Below are positions 51,648 to 61,624 of a stretch of DNA of 64,000 nucleotides, in pieces. The stretch lies in the NCBI GenBank assembly GCA_963777605.1, contig CAVZRV010000027.1, forward strand, positions 1 to 64,000, in the 5' to 3' direction. Positions within the stretch are counted from its first letter, which is position 1, and every line of letters begins with the position of its first letter. The notes under the pieces are model-generated. The model was not told the DNA's origin and did not search any database. It saw nothing but the letters and a program-made list of their open reading frames with translations. Made by a program: the position numbers and the translations under genes. This DNA comes from an uncultured Acidobacteriota bacterium (GTDB lineage: Bacteria; Acidobacteriota; UBA6911; RPQK01; JAPXNP01).

Positions 51648-51804
51648 TTTCGATTTACGAGGTTCGATTTACGATTGATCAGGAAGGAATCGGGGAGCGA
51701 GAAGCGGGAATCGAGAACAGGCTCAGGACCCATGGAGTCCCAATCTGCCCCACAACTGCGTCTGTCGCCCCCAATTCCAAATCACCAATCGAAAATCGTA
51801 AATC

Positions 51805-52161
51805 TCAAGCCCCGAGCCCCAGTTTCCCGGCCACATCGTCAAGGCGACGGTCCAGGCTCCAGATCCCCAGGGTGCAAATTAGCGCTGAGGCAAGCAGGTG
51901 CATATCCACCCAGCCCAACCCTTGCCCCATCAACCGCCGACGTTCGATCATTTCGAGCACCTCGGCATCCCCGACCCGCGCTGCTTCGGGCAACGCCGTC
52001 AGAAGATGCAGGATCTCATCCCGATTCTTCAGGTTCCCGCAAGCCAGTTCGCCGATCACAAAGGAATGGACGGCCACCCGCTCTTCATCGAGCAACAAAG
52101 CCAGCTTCGGCAGGCCCGAGCGCAGGTGCTCGACCCAGACCGAGGTATCCACGAGAATCAC
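51805..52161 (-). CDS. vapC: PIN-domain toxin VapC
   Basis: ILVDTSVW, IGELACG, GWVDMHLLASA, WSLDRRL. Confidence 0.9.
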   Translation of the reverse strand: MILVDTSVWVEHLRSGLPKLALLLDEERVAVHSFVIGELACGNLKNRDEILHLLTALPEAARVGDAEVLEMIERRRLMGQGLGWVDMHLLASALICTLGIWSLDRRLDDVAGKLGLGA

Positions 52162-52165
52162 GCCT

Positions 52166-52354
52166 TCAAGATCTCCGTCGTGGGATAGCCTCGAGTCCCG
52201 GTTCGCTCCCGCCAAGCCGTCTCAGTCGCCGCCCGCTCTCCCGGGCAATCAGAGCCTTCAAGCCCTCATGAATGAGCTTCGTCTTCTCTTCTATCCCACT
52301 CAACCGCGCCGCCTCGCTGATCAGTCGATCATCCAGATTCAACGTCGTCCGCAT
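52166..52354 (-). CDS. vapB: VapB antitoxin (RHH type)
   Basis: MRTTLNLDD.LI.EA.RL.G..EKT; directly upstream of vapC; TGCAT-N4-ATGCA palindrome at its start. Confidence 0.88.
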   Translation of the reverse strand: MRTTLNLDDRLISEAARLSGIEEKTKLIHEGLKALIARESGRRLRRLGGSEPGLEAIPRRRS

Positions 52355-52419
52355 CTGCATCAGTATGCACTCTACATGCAGACTCAGTCAACATGCGCAT
52401 CCCCGGCAAGCCGATCCCC

Positions 52420-53085
52420 CTCCGCGTCTTGGCGTTGCAATTCGAAGTCTCCAGATTGAAGGTTCAGGTTAGCTGGGCCCCCGGCGGCGCCGGACCATTC
52501 AAAGAGTGAAACTGGGTCCGCGAACCCGGGGGCGCGGCTTCGCCTTACCCCCGGCTCTGTGTCCGTGCCATTCCACGTTTCAAATGGACCCAGGGTCCAA
52601 GCTTCAGGTGAAGGTTCAAGTCAGCCTGGCCGCCGCGCTCCCCGCGGATCATTCAGAACGTGAAAATGGACCTGGCAGAGCGTGAAAATGGACCTGGCGC
52701 AAGGCGCCTTGGTTTCAGCCCAGGGCTTGCCCTGGGTCTGTGGTGGCCGGGCACTTCGATTGCGGCCTGTAAGGTCGCACCCCGGATTCACTTCGTCCGA
52801 AGCGGTGTTCAGCCCCTTCAGGGCTGGATTCTTGATGGGTGGACCGTGAACCCAGGCAAATGCCTGGGCTGGAAACAGGCCCCCTTCAGGGGCCCGCCCG
52901 GCGCCGATCCCGTGATCATCACTCATCCACGTCTGGCACCGGACCAGGAACCAGGATCCAGCCGAGAGCCACGGCTTCTGAGTTCTGCCGATAGCCCGAA
53001 TCTCCGTCCAGACGCGTCCAAATCATCCAGGATTTCCAGTTCATCCAGATTGAAGGTTCAAGCTTAGCCGGGCAATCGGCTTCGG
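52420..53085. repeat. Mosaic intergenic repeat region (REP-like hairpins, recurrent motif, 44-bp block)
   Basis: Motif copies at 52450-52516, 52605-52671 and a partial copy at 53044-53066; 52522-52565 is an inverted copy of 46094-46137; CCCAGGG/CCCTGGG and GCCCCTTCAGGG hairpins. Confidence 0.8.
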
Positions 53086-53111
53086 CCACGAGACAAGCAG
53101 AGATGCTTATC

Positions 53112-55436
53112 CTACTCGCCGACGGTCTTCCGACTCTTCCCCATGGCCACGACACGCCGGCGGTATCCGAAGTCCAACGACTCGAAGACTTCGTAGACGG
53201 CGGCCGGATCCCCATCCGCCACCGCGGACTCGAGTCGATTCAGCGCCTCGCGCACCTGCGCCGTTTCCCGGTTGACGGGCTGGGCCACAAAGATCTTCGA
53301 ATAGCGAGTGTCCCGCACGCCGTGCTCCCGCCCGGTCAAGAGTTCCTCGAACATCTTTTCGCCGGGGCGCAATCCAGTGTACTCAATGTCGATGTCTTCT
53401 CCGAGCACAAGCCCGGACTGCTCGATCAGGTCTCGGGCCAGGTCGGCGATCTTGACCGGATCCCCCATATCGAGAACGAACGTCTCTCCGCAGCCGGCCA
53501 GTGAGCCGGCCTGCAGCACCAACTGGACGGCCTCGGGAATGGTCATAAAGTAGCGCTTGATCTCGGGGTGGGTCACCTGGATGTTGCGTCCCTGAGAGAT
53601 CCGCTTCTGGAAGGTCGGCACGACGCTGGCCCTGCTGCCGAGCACGTTTCCAAAGCGCACGCAGCAAAGGCGCGTCCGTTCGGTTTTCTTTGCCGCGCCG
53701 CGCATCACCATCTCCGCAACCCGCTTCGACGCACCCATGACGCTGGTCGGATTGACCGCCTTGTCGGTCGAGATCATCAGGAACCGCTCCGCCCCCGTTT
53801 CCACCGCGAGCTCAACGACGTTCCGCGTCCCGAAAATGTTGTTGGCAACGGCCTCCGTGGGGTTGTGCTCCATCATGGGAACATGCTTGTAGGCAGCCGC
53901 GTGCAGGATCACTTCGGGACGATAATCGGCAAAGACCTGCGCCAGGCGACGGCGGTCCCGGACGTCGGCCATGATCTCAACCAGCGGCGTGGGCGAGTTT
54001 TCACGAAGGTCGATTGCGACCTCGAAAAGTCCATTCTCGTCCTTGTCCAACAGCAGAAGGCTCTGCGGGCTGTAGTCCCGCAACTGGCGAACGATTTCCG
54101 AGCCGATCGACCCGGCGGCCCCGGTCACCAGGATCCGCTTTCCGGCGTAGGCCGAAATCAACTGGGCATCGCCCTCCGGAAACTCGACACTGTCCCGACC
54201 CAGCAAGTCCTCGATCCGCACGGGTCTGCAATCGGCTCACCCGGACGCGGCCAAGCAGGATCTCCGACAGCGCGGGCACGCTGCTGACCTTGATCCCTTC
54301 AGCTTCACAGTCCGCCACGATTCGCCGTGCGGCAACCTTGGGAACGCTCGGCATCGCCAGGATGACCTCGTCCACCGAGGTCGCCTCGACGATTTCCCGG
54401 ATCTGGCGGGTCGTTCCCAGAACCCGCACTCCGTGGATCTCCCGCTTGCGTTTCCGCGGGTCGTCGTCCAGGAATCCGACGATCTCGAAATCTCTCCGCC
54501 GCCCCAGTTCATCGATCAGCTGAACCCCGGCATCGCCGGCGCCGACCAGAAGCACCCGGCGTCGATTGACCCGTTCCGGATGGCGGCCCCCGCGCCAGAC
54601 GGAGTGACGGAACTGGACCCGGCGCAACCCTCGAACCGAGAGAAGCCCTACGAAGGCCAGCGGCGCATGGACCATCAGGATGCCAAAGGGTATCCGCAGC
54701 AGCGGGTACTGTTCCAGTAACAGAATCCGCGCAACAATCAGCGTCAGCGCCGCAGTCGAAACCGCCAATCCGATCACGATCGCTTCCCGAATACTCGTGA
54801 ACCGCCAGACAAAGCGCCCGACACCCCAGAACTGGGTAACCAGGATGTAGAGAAGAATCACGTAAGGGGCGACGACGATGAACTGTTTCTGGTAATTGAT
54901 CGGGGGCATCCCGTCAAACCGGATCAGGTAACTGAATGCCAGGGTCCCCCCAACCGCCACTGCGTCAATAAAGAGCTGGGCCCCGCGGCTGAAGGGAACC
55001 TTATCCTGAATCCCCAGCCCGATGTTCCGGCTCATCGCATACGCCGCAAATCCGACCAGCGCACAGATCCAGGCCAACGCCCAGGTGACTCGCGGAAACA
55101 CGTGATCCTGGGGCAGAAGCACGCTGATGAGGCCCATCAGGGCAAAGAAGGAAGTCAAGGCAGCCAGGTCAGTGACCGGAGACTGCTGCAGGCGGGGAAT
55201 CGCAGCCAGCAGCACCCGGTAGCCCAGATAGCAGCCGAACCCGAGAAGAAACCCAGGGAACAGGGCGTGGCGAAAAGCCTCGACAGAATAGCTCACGTAG
55301 GCCCAGTAACGCCGACGAGCTCTCGCCGGAAGCCGCCGGCCCAAAAAGGAGAAACCGGACGCTCAAAGCCGCCATCAACGACGCCGACACCAAGCCCGAC
55401 AACGCCGCGAAAGCGCAACGGATCCTTCCAAGTCAT
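53112..55436 (-). pseudogene. CapD/PglF/WbpM-like nucleotide-sugar 4,6-dehydratase split by frameshifts
   Basis: TM N-terminus, VGAGDAG, IEDLLGR, TGAAGSIGSE, HAAAYKHVP, STDKAV, RFGNVLGS, RPGEK. Indels at ~54229, ~55345 (T5 run) and probably ~55410. Confidence 0.8.
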
Positions 55437-55632
55437 TCCCAACAGTCCTGTCCCCGGCTCACGAAACAATGGTCGTCCCCCCCAGAAACGATTTACGACC
55501 GTCGGCGGCGGTCAACCTTCATCGAGAGCTCGACCGCTTACCTTGGGTTTCGGGTAGAAAAAGCATCCCCACCTGCTCCCTGATCGAAGCCACCAACCCA
55601 CCCAACCGGTAGGAAATCGGGAAACCACGACG

Positions 55633-55851
55633 CTACCCGGTCTTCTCCAGAATCAGGTTCTCCGTCGAGAGATTGAAAATGTCACGAAGCGAATAATTCC
55701 TGGCAGCATCCAGTACTTCGAACCCGATGACCAAACCCTGCTCGTCCAGATCAAGGATCACACCGTCCGACACTTCCCTGGATTCAGCAATCTCCTTCTC
55801 CTGAATTCGGATGTAGAGGGCATCGACATCACGATCATATTCGATTCTCAT
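55633..55851 (-). CDS. DUF2283 domain protein (putative antitoxin)
   Basis: MRIEYDRDVDALYIR...GVILDLD..G.VIGFEVLDA. Confidence 0.9.
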   Translation of the reverse strand: MRIEYDRDVDALYIRIQEKEIAESREVSDGVILDLDEQGLVIGFEVLDAARNYSLRDIFNLSTENLILEKTG

Positions 55852-56030
55852 GAAAGATCCTTCCAGACAACCGTGATCACGACTGTCTCCTGATCGGTCT
55901 CCTTATAGGTTACTCTCAGAATGCGTTCACCGAATAACTTTGCTGCATTCTTCCTCCCGAAAGCCGACTCCTCCACGCGACTCGGCCCTTTCAGGACATC
56001 GAGTACTTCCGATTCAGAAACCTGCCGGCC
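55848..56030 (-). pseudogene. DUF4258-like putative toxin lacking its N-terminus
   Basis: SESEVLDVL..P..GRKNA.K....LRVTY...VVITV; ATGA overlap with DUF2283; the 5' end is replaced by repeat DNA. Confidence 0.65.
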
Positions 56031-56048
56031 TCCCTGGCCGGCCCTCCC

Positions 56049-56099
56049 CCTCCGCGTCACCGCGGTGATCAGCTTATCGAGTTCGTTTCGAGTAACGGG
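56049..56099. repeat. Left ~50-bp direct repeat flanking AbrB-VapC
   Basis: CCTCCGCG(T/C)CACCGCGGTGA...CGAG(T/A)TCGTTTCGAGTAACGGG, shared with 56975-57024. Confidence 0.85.
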
Positions 56100-56238
56100 T
56101 TTCGGGCGCACAACATCCGGGAATCGGGAAAAACACAACAGCCCCGCAACCTGAACCAGAACCGTAGAACTTGGCACGTTGACCACTAAACGTAGAACTT
56201 ATTGATTTTCGGGGTAACATAGTCGCAAGAGGTGTAAC

Positions 56239-56475
56239 ATGGCGACATCCCGGGTAACTGAAAAGGGTCAGGTTGTCATTCCCGCCGAAATCAGGCGTAA
56301 ATACAACATCAAGAAGGGTACCCGCGTCGTGGTTACGGAGACCGAGGGCCGGGCGATCCTGGTCAAGCCGATCCCCGATGACCCGATCGAGGCGTCTAAA
56401 GGCGCACTGAAAGGGAAGATATCCCTGGCAAACGCCCTGATCGAGGATCGACGCGAGGAAGCCGCGCGTGGATGA
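56239..56475 (+). CDS. AbrB/MazE/SpoVT-family antitoxin
   Basis: SRVTEKGQVVIPAEIRRKYNI..G; GAGGTG RBS. Confidence 0.92.
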   Translation: MATSRVTEKGQVVIPAEIRRKYNIKKGTRVVVTETEGRAILVKPIPDDPIEASKGALKGKISLANALIEDRREEAARG

Positions 56476-56872
56476 AACCTACGTTCTGGACAGCTACGCT
56501 TTACTGGCTCATCTCGAGGGAGAGGCCGGCGCCGGCCGGGTCGAGTCCATCCTGAGAGCAGCTCAAGAGGGGAAAACAAGACTATTCCTGTCGGTAATCA
56601 ATCTGGACGAGATCTTCCACATCACGCTTCGAGAATTGGGTCACAGAAAAGCCGAAGAGGCCCTTTTCCTCGTCGAGCAGCTTCCGCTGGAAATTGTCGA
56701 TGCCGACCGGGAACTGACTCTCCAAGCCGCGCGGCTCAAAGCCGCCTACCCGGTCGCCTACGCCGACTGTTTCGCCGCGGCACTGGCCAGACGGGAACAG
56801 GCAAAGGTCGTCACCGGCGACCCGGAATTCGACCGTTTCGGCCAGGAAGTCCCCATCGAACGCCTTCCCTGA
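56468..56872 (+). CDS. vapC: PIN-domain toxin VapC
   Basis: YVLDSYALLA, SVINL.E, AYADCFAAALA, VVTGDPEF; overlaps the antitoxin. Confidence 0.92.
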   Translation: MDETYVLDSYALLAHLEGEAGAGRVESILRAAQEGKTRLFLSVINLDEIFHITLRELGHRKAEEALFLVEQLPLEIVDADRELTLQAARLKAAYPVAYADCFAAALARREQAKVVTGDPEFDRFGQEVPIERLP

Positions 56873-56974
56873 CGGAAGCATTTTCGGTTTACGATTTCAG
56901 ATTTTCGATTTGATCGGCCCCTCGTACGCGGGCATCAACTCAGAAGCGCCCAACCCCTCCGCGAAACCTCAGCG

Positions 56975-57024
56975 CCTCCGCGCCACCGCGGTGAACAACG
57001 GCCGAGATCGTTTCGAGTAACGGG
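56975..57024. repeat. Right ~50-bp direct repeat flanking AbrB-VapC
   Basis: Matches 56049-56099. Confidence 0.85.
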
Positions 57025-57082
57025 CTTCTGGTTTCGAGTGGGAATAGCGGGCAAGCCAGAAAGACCAGAAACCCCTAAAACC

Positions 57083-57420
57083 CTAAACCCCAGTCCCCAG
57101 CACTCCCACGATCCGGTCCGCCGCCCGCCCATCCCAAAGCGGAATCTCCCGAGCCCGCTTCGGCGCCTTCAGCTGCGCCATCGCCGCCCGATACACCGCC
57201 TCCGGATCACTCCCCGCCAAAACATTCGACCCCAACTCAACGGTAATCGGCCGCTCCGTATTGTCCCGAGCGGTCACGCAGGGGACATCCAGAAAGGACG
57301 TCTCCTCCTGGATTCCCCCGCTGTCGGTCACCACCAGCCGGGCATGCTTCATCACCCCAAGAAACTCCAGGTACCCCATCGGCTCGACCAGTTCGAGCCC
57401 TTTCAACGGCGGCCCGCCGT
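57083..57420 (-). pseudogene. wecB: C-terminal fragment of UDP-GlcNAc 2-epimerase
   Basis: EPMGYLEF, VTDSGGIQEET, RDNTERP, LWDGRAADRI; the N-terminal ~2/3 is absent. Confidence 0.85.
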
Positions 57421-57604
57421 TTTCCGAGAACCGTTTCCCAACCACGTTAAGAATGCGAATCACATTAACTCCCCGATCAAGGGACTCCAAGCCCGCTTTG
57501 GAGTGCTGAAGCGGAGCAAGGTAAAAACAGCTTATTCCCGACGCGGAGATCGGCGAGGTCAAGAAGAAGTCCCGAACCTTCAATCTTGAGGCACACCAAT
57601 AGTA

Positions 57605-58663
57605 TCAAGCACCGAAACCACCTCTTCTCATAAACACTCGCCTCTCGGCACGATGTGTAAACGCGAGAAGCGCCAGGAACAGAACTGGCACGATCACAAT
57701 CGAAGCCAATCCGGCAGAAGAGTACCCGGCGGCTAAAAGCACAGCAAGACCTGACCCAGTCAAAGCCAGCCCACCATAAAGGACCGTAACGAACTGGTGA
57801 GAGTACCCGGCAATCACCAGGCGCTGGTAGAGATGAGACCGGTGGGCTTTGAAAACGTTCTCCCCCCGCAGCACACGCCGACATAACGTGAAGGAAGAAT
57901 CCGCTAAAAACGGCCACAGTAAAAGAGCACTACTGAGAAGAAATACGGGATCCATGACGCCACTTACAATCGTCATGATCGCAAAGGCGAAGCCCAGGAA
58001 GGAACTGCCGACGTCCCCCATGAAGATTCGGGCAGGAGACCAGTTATGCACTAAGAAGCCAACCGATGCCCCCAGAACAAGGGCTCCAAGAACCAACAAG
58101 AAAGCGCTACCGCTGTAAACCCCAATTCCGAGCCACCCCAAGGATGCAGTGACCGACTGTACACCAGCAATGCCATCGATCCCATCCATGAAATTGTAGA
58201 TATTCGTCACTCCCACGATCCAGACGACAGCGACTCCCAATACCAGAAAAGCCACCGACGGATCTGGAACACTGGTTAAGTTCGGTTGATCAAAGATCCG
58301 AAATGCCCAAACCCACCCGACAGCTATACACACTTGAACGACAAGGCGAAGTAACGCGGACAGAGGGCGGACATCATCAATGAAGCCAAGGATGGCAACT
58401 GCAAACGATGACGCGGCAAATGCCAGAACCGATCGCCAACCGATTCCCGGAAAGAACAGTCTCCCTAAGAAAAGGCCGCCTATAGTGACAACAACGATCG
58501 CCGCCCCTCCTCCTCGCGGCGTCGGATTCTGATGCGAACTGCGTTGGTTGGGAACATCCAGAACCTGATTCCTGGCGGCCCAAACAACAAGACGAGCAAC
58601 CAGACCCGCCGAAATGAACCCGGACACGAAGACCACAACGGCGAGAAAAAGACCGGTCCTCAT
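57605..58663 (-). CDS. MraY-like initiating transferase (WbpL-like)
   Basis: DVPNQRSSH..PTPRGGG, GFIDD, NIYNFMDGIDG, FMGDVGS, AHRSHLYQRL. Confidence 0.92.
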   Translation of the reverse strand: MRTGLFLAVVVFVSGFISAGLVARLVVWAARNQVLDVPNQRSSHQNPTPRGGGAAIVVVTIGGLFLGRLFFPGIGWRSVLAFAASSFAVAILGFIDDVRPLSALLRLVVQVCIAVGWVWAFRIFDQPNLTSVPDPSVAFLVLGVAVVWIVGVTNIYNFMDGIDGIAGVQSVTASLGWLGIGVYSGSAFLLVLGALVLGASVGFLVHNWSPARIFMGDVGSSFLGFAFAIMTIVSGVMDPVFLLSSALLLWPFLADSSFTLCRRVLRGENVFKAHRSHLYQRLVIAGYSHQFVTVLYGGLALTGSGLAVLLAAGYSSAGLASIVIVPVLFLALLAFTHRAERRVFMRRGGFGA

Positions 58664-58684
58664 CGAGTAATTGAATCCTGAAAA

Positions 58685-59275
58685 TGTGAGCCGCTCAAAG
58701 CGGTCAAAACGTCGCCGCCTGCGCGGCAACTTGCGCCACCTGAAGGTGGCTACTGATCAAACAGTTTAGGCTGATCCCGACGTCGATCCTCCGCTTCCTG
58801 TTGTTGGATGTACTCACGGATGACGGCCTCTTCGCGGCCCACCGTCGAAACGAAGTACCCACAGGCCCAGAAGTGCTGGCCCACGAAATTCCGCCGCCTC
58901 TCGCTGAAGTTCCGGGCGATGTGGATCGCACTCTTCCCCTTGATGTAACCCACGACCCAGGCCTACCGAGTCTTTCGGCGGAATCGAGATCATCATGTGT
59001 ACGTGATCCGGTCTCACTTTCCTGGTGTTGAGCCAACTGCCGAAACAGCGGACCCAGTTCCCCGCGCAACGTCCCAAAAATCACTTTCCTCCGGTATTTC
59101 GGGATAAACAGCACGTGATACTTACACTCCCACTTCGTGTGCGTTAGACTTCTGTAGTTCGTCATTGAACTCCCTTTCGTGCAGCTTTGGTCGGCTCACG
59201 AAGGGGAGTTCTCATTCAGATTTCCGCAAATGTCAAACTTCGGCTGCCTCCCCGGCAGAGCCGGGGGGACTCTCG
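58685..59275 (-). mobile_element. tnpA: IS200/IS605-family element with frameshifted tnpA
   Basis: HTKWECKYH..FIPKYRRK; DHVH (HUH) and GKSA..FWA.GYFVSTVG..IREYIQQQ lie in three frames; subterminal hairpins CCCCGGCAGAGCCGGGG and CCGCTCAAAGCGG. Confidence 0.88.
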
Positions 59276-59292
59276 ATTTGGTCTAGAATCCG

Positions 59293-60291
59293 TCAGTCGG
59301 CCGAGGCCATCTGCCGGACAGTCTCCTGCCAGCCCGTTCGAAGGTCGAACCGAGGTCTAAAACCCAAGCGAGCAGCGATCTTCCGCCCACTAACGGCAAC
59401 ATCTTCAACCATCTTATCTACCGTATTTACGGTTATCGGAGAATCCCGGTGAAGGTGGGCGAAGACAAACTCACACGATTGCGCCAATGATCGGGCCAAC
59501 GGGACCGGGATATGAAACCTCGGAGGACTCTTCCCTAGGGCCGCGGAGATTTCACCAACGATTTCGCTGAAGGTATGAATCGAACCGTCGGTAACATTAA
59601 ATGTTTCACCGGATGCAAGCGGATGCTCGGCCGCAAGAATGGCAGCAGAGGATACATCTTCCACATGAACGAGCGTTCGCCGATTCCTTCCTTTCCCTAT
59701 CGGAACGAACCAACCTCGCTTCAGAGCGTTTACCAGGCGAGGATAGTTGCCCTTCATTCGAGGCCCATAGACCGCCCCAAGCCTCAAGATCACGGCATTG
59801 CTGTCCTGCCGCACCAACTCCTCAGCCCTCGCTTTGGTTTCTGCGTACAGCGAGTCCGGAGAAACGGAAGAAGTTTCATCCCAAACGAGCCCGGCTCGGC
59901 TTGGACCGTAGACATTGACTGTACTGAAAAAAACAAAACGGCTAACCCCTGCCCGCCTCGCAGCGTCGAGCACAATTTCCGTTCCATGAACATTTACTAA
60001 CTCGTACTCCGAACGCATCTCTTCGGTCTGTCGATTAATGTGCAGCTTTGCCGCCAAATGGAAAACCACGTCCGCCCCAGAGGCAGCCCGGTCAACCGCA
60101 CCCGGCTCGGTAATATCAGCAAGCATCGGTGTCACTTTTTCGCTGTACGGGAGACCAACCCCCGATCGATCCAGTGCCCGTACAGGATAGCCACGAAGTA
60201 ACAACTGTCGAATCAGCCCCGGCCCAATTGCTCCAGAAGAACCCGTAACAAGTGCGACAGGCCGACTACCTTGGTTCTGGCGTGCCGACAT
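59293..60291 (-). CDS. NAD-dependent epimerase/dehydratase
   Basis: VTGSSGAIG, VFHLAA, YAETK, VYGPRMKGN. Confidence 0.9.
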   Translation of the reverse strand: MSARQNQGSRPVALVTGSSGAIGPGLIRQLLLRGYPVRALDRSGVGLPYSEKVTPMLADITEPGAVDRAASGADVVFHLAAKLHINRQTEEMRSEYELVNVHGTEIVLDAARRAGVSRFVFFSTVNVYGPSRAGLVWDETSSVSPDSLYAETKARAEELVRQDSNAVILRLGAVYGPRMKGNYPRLVNALKRGWFVPIGKGRNRRTLVHVEDVSSAAILAAEHPLASGETFNVTDGSIHTFSEIVGEISAALGKSPPRFHIPVPLARSLAQSCEFVFAHLHRDSPITVNTVDKMVEDVAVSGRKIAARLGFRPRFDLRTGWQETVRQMASAD

Positions 60292-61543
60292 CGGACTCTC
60301 GCTCCGTCAATTCCCGAATCAAAGCATCATACTGGAGGGCAACCGTACGCTTCGAATGGCGCTCAACGACGTACCGTCGACCACTTTCCCCCTTTGCAAG
60401 GCCTTCCTTCCGGTTCTCATAAGCGTGTCGGACAGCTTCAGACATCGCCTTTGCATCGTCAGGGGGAACGGTCCAGCCACAATCGGCCTCCTTCACGACC
60501 CACGTCAACTCCGAGTCCGTGTCCGCCGACACCAGAACCGGGCGCCCAGCAGCCATTATTGTGTAAATCTTCGATGGAAATGTCCCCTGCGCAGTACCTT
60601 GCTTAAGTGGAACAACACACAAGTCGCACGCCGCATAGATATCTGGAACGACCGACGACGGTTGGTATGGCAACATGAGCAGGTTTTCTAAGCCCTTCCT
60701 CGTAACTTCACTCTTAAGCCAATCTCGCCGCGACCCATCGCCAATCAAGACAAATTTAAGTTCAGATAAATCTCGCAATCCTTCCGCTGCACCCAAGATG
60801 CTCTCAAAACTTTGAGTCAATCCTAAATTACCCGCGTACAGAACAACAAAGCTGTCGTCAAATCCATGGTGACTTGAGAACGCATTCTTTCGATCAAGAG
60901 GCCTGATGAATTCCGTATCGACAAAATTCGGGATGACTCGAAGTTTCGATTCTGGAACTCCCTTCGAAATAAGCCTTTTTCTGAAGAATTCCGAAATAAC
61001 AACGACCGTCCTTGCCCTACGGTAGACGAACATCTCTAATTTAAAAAGAATCCGAATTAGAAATCGATTCCGGATAACGCCCAGACTAACTGCAATATCC
61101 GGGTAAATTTCTTGAACATTGTAGATGAAGCCACCACCGCCCCTCATTGAAAGCAGCCAGGCCACGAGGCCAATACTCAGGGGAGGAGAAGGCGCAAAGA
61201 TAATGTCCCATCGCGGAGCCTTGATAAGACTGGCGCAAAGACTCAAGAAATGAAAACTTGCATAGTCGAACAATCGACCTATGATTCGACTACCCTTTGC
61301 CTTTACACGAGCGTGGTACACGGTTATTCCATCGCAGTTGCTTTCATCGAGAAGCCCCGCCCAACAACGTTTGAGCGGTTGGACCCTCCTGGCGTCGACA
61401 TCACAGTTATAATGTGGCGTTGTTGTCGCCACAGTCAACTTATGCCCCAATCCCTGCAACTCAAGCCCCAATTGAGTAAGCAGAACGGATGTAGAAACTG
61501 CGTCAGGTGAAAAGACGAGTGTCGTAAAGAGAATCTCAGCCAC
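60266..61543 (-). CDS. GT4 glycosyltransferase (WbuB/WcaI-like)
   Basis: VQEIYPD, YAGNLG, FPSKIYTIMAAGRPV. Confidence 0.9.
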   Translation of the reverse strand: MAEILFTTLVFSPDAVSTSVLLTQLGLELQGLGHKLTVATTTPHYNCDVDARRVQPLKRCWAGLLDESNCDGITVYHARVKAKGSRIIGRLFDYASFHFLSLCASLIKAPRWDIIFAPSPPLSIGLVAWLLSMRGGGGFIYNVQEIYPDIAVSLGVIRNRFLIRILFKLEMFVYRRARTVVVISEFFRKRLISKGVPESKLRVIPNFVDTEFIRPLDRKNAFSSHHGFDDSFVVLYAGNLGLTQSFESILGAAEGLRDLSELKFVLIGDGSRRDWLKSEVTRKGLENLLMLPYQPSSVVPDIYAACDLCVVPLKQGTAQGTFPSKIYTIMAAGRPVLVSADTDSELTWVVKEADCGWTVPPDDAKAMSEAVRHAYENRKEGLAKGESGRRYVVERHSKRTVALQYDALIRELTERESDVGTPEPR

Positions 61544-61624
61544 TTACCACCAAAATCCCTGAGCTCTTATGCCCAAAGCTCCGTGGGCACAAATACAACC
61601 ATTCGTATACCGGCCCCTGCGACA

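Noticed and set aside
49600-57100. Integron cassette array (TA-rich)
   Set aside because: No intI, cargo is in both orientations, and I could not identify attC R''/R' box pairs; IntegronFinder would settle it.
57420-57583. N-terminal part of the 166-aa wecB ORF
   Set aside because: Not WecB-like; read-through into the foreign low-GC junction.
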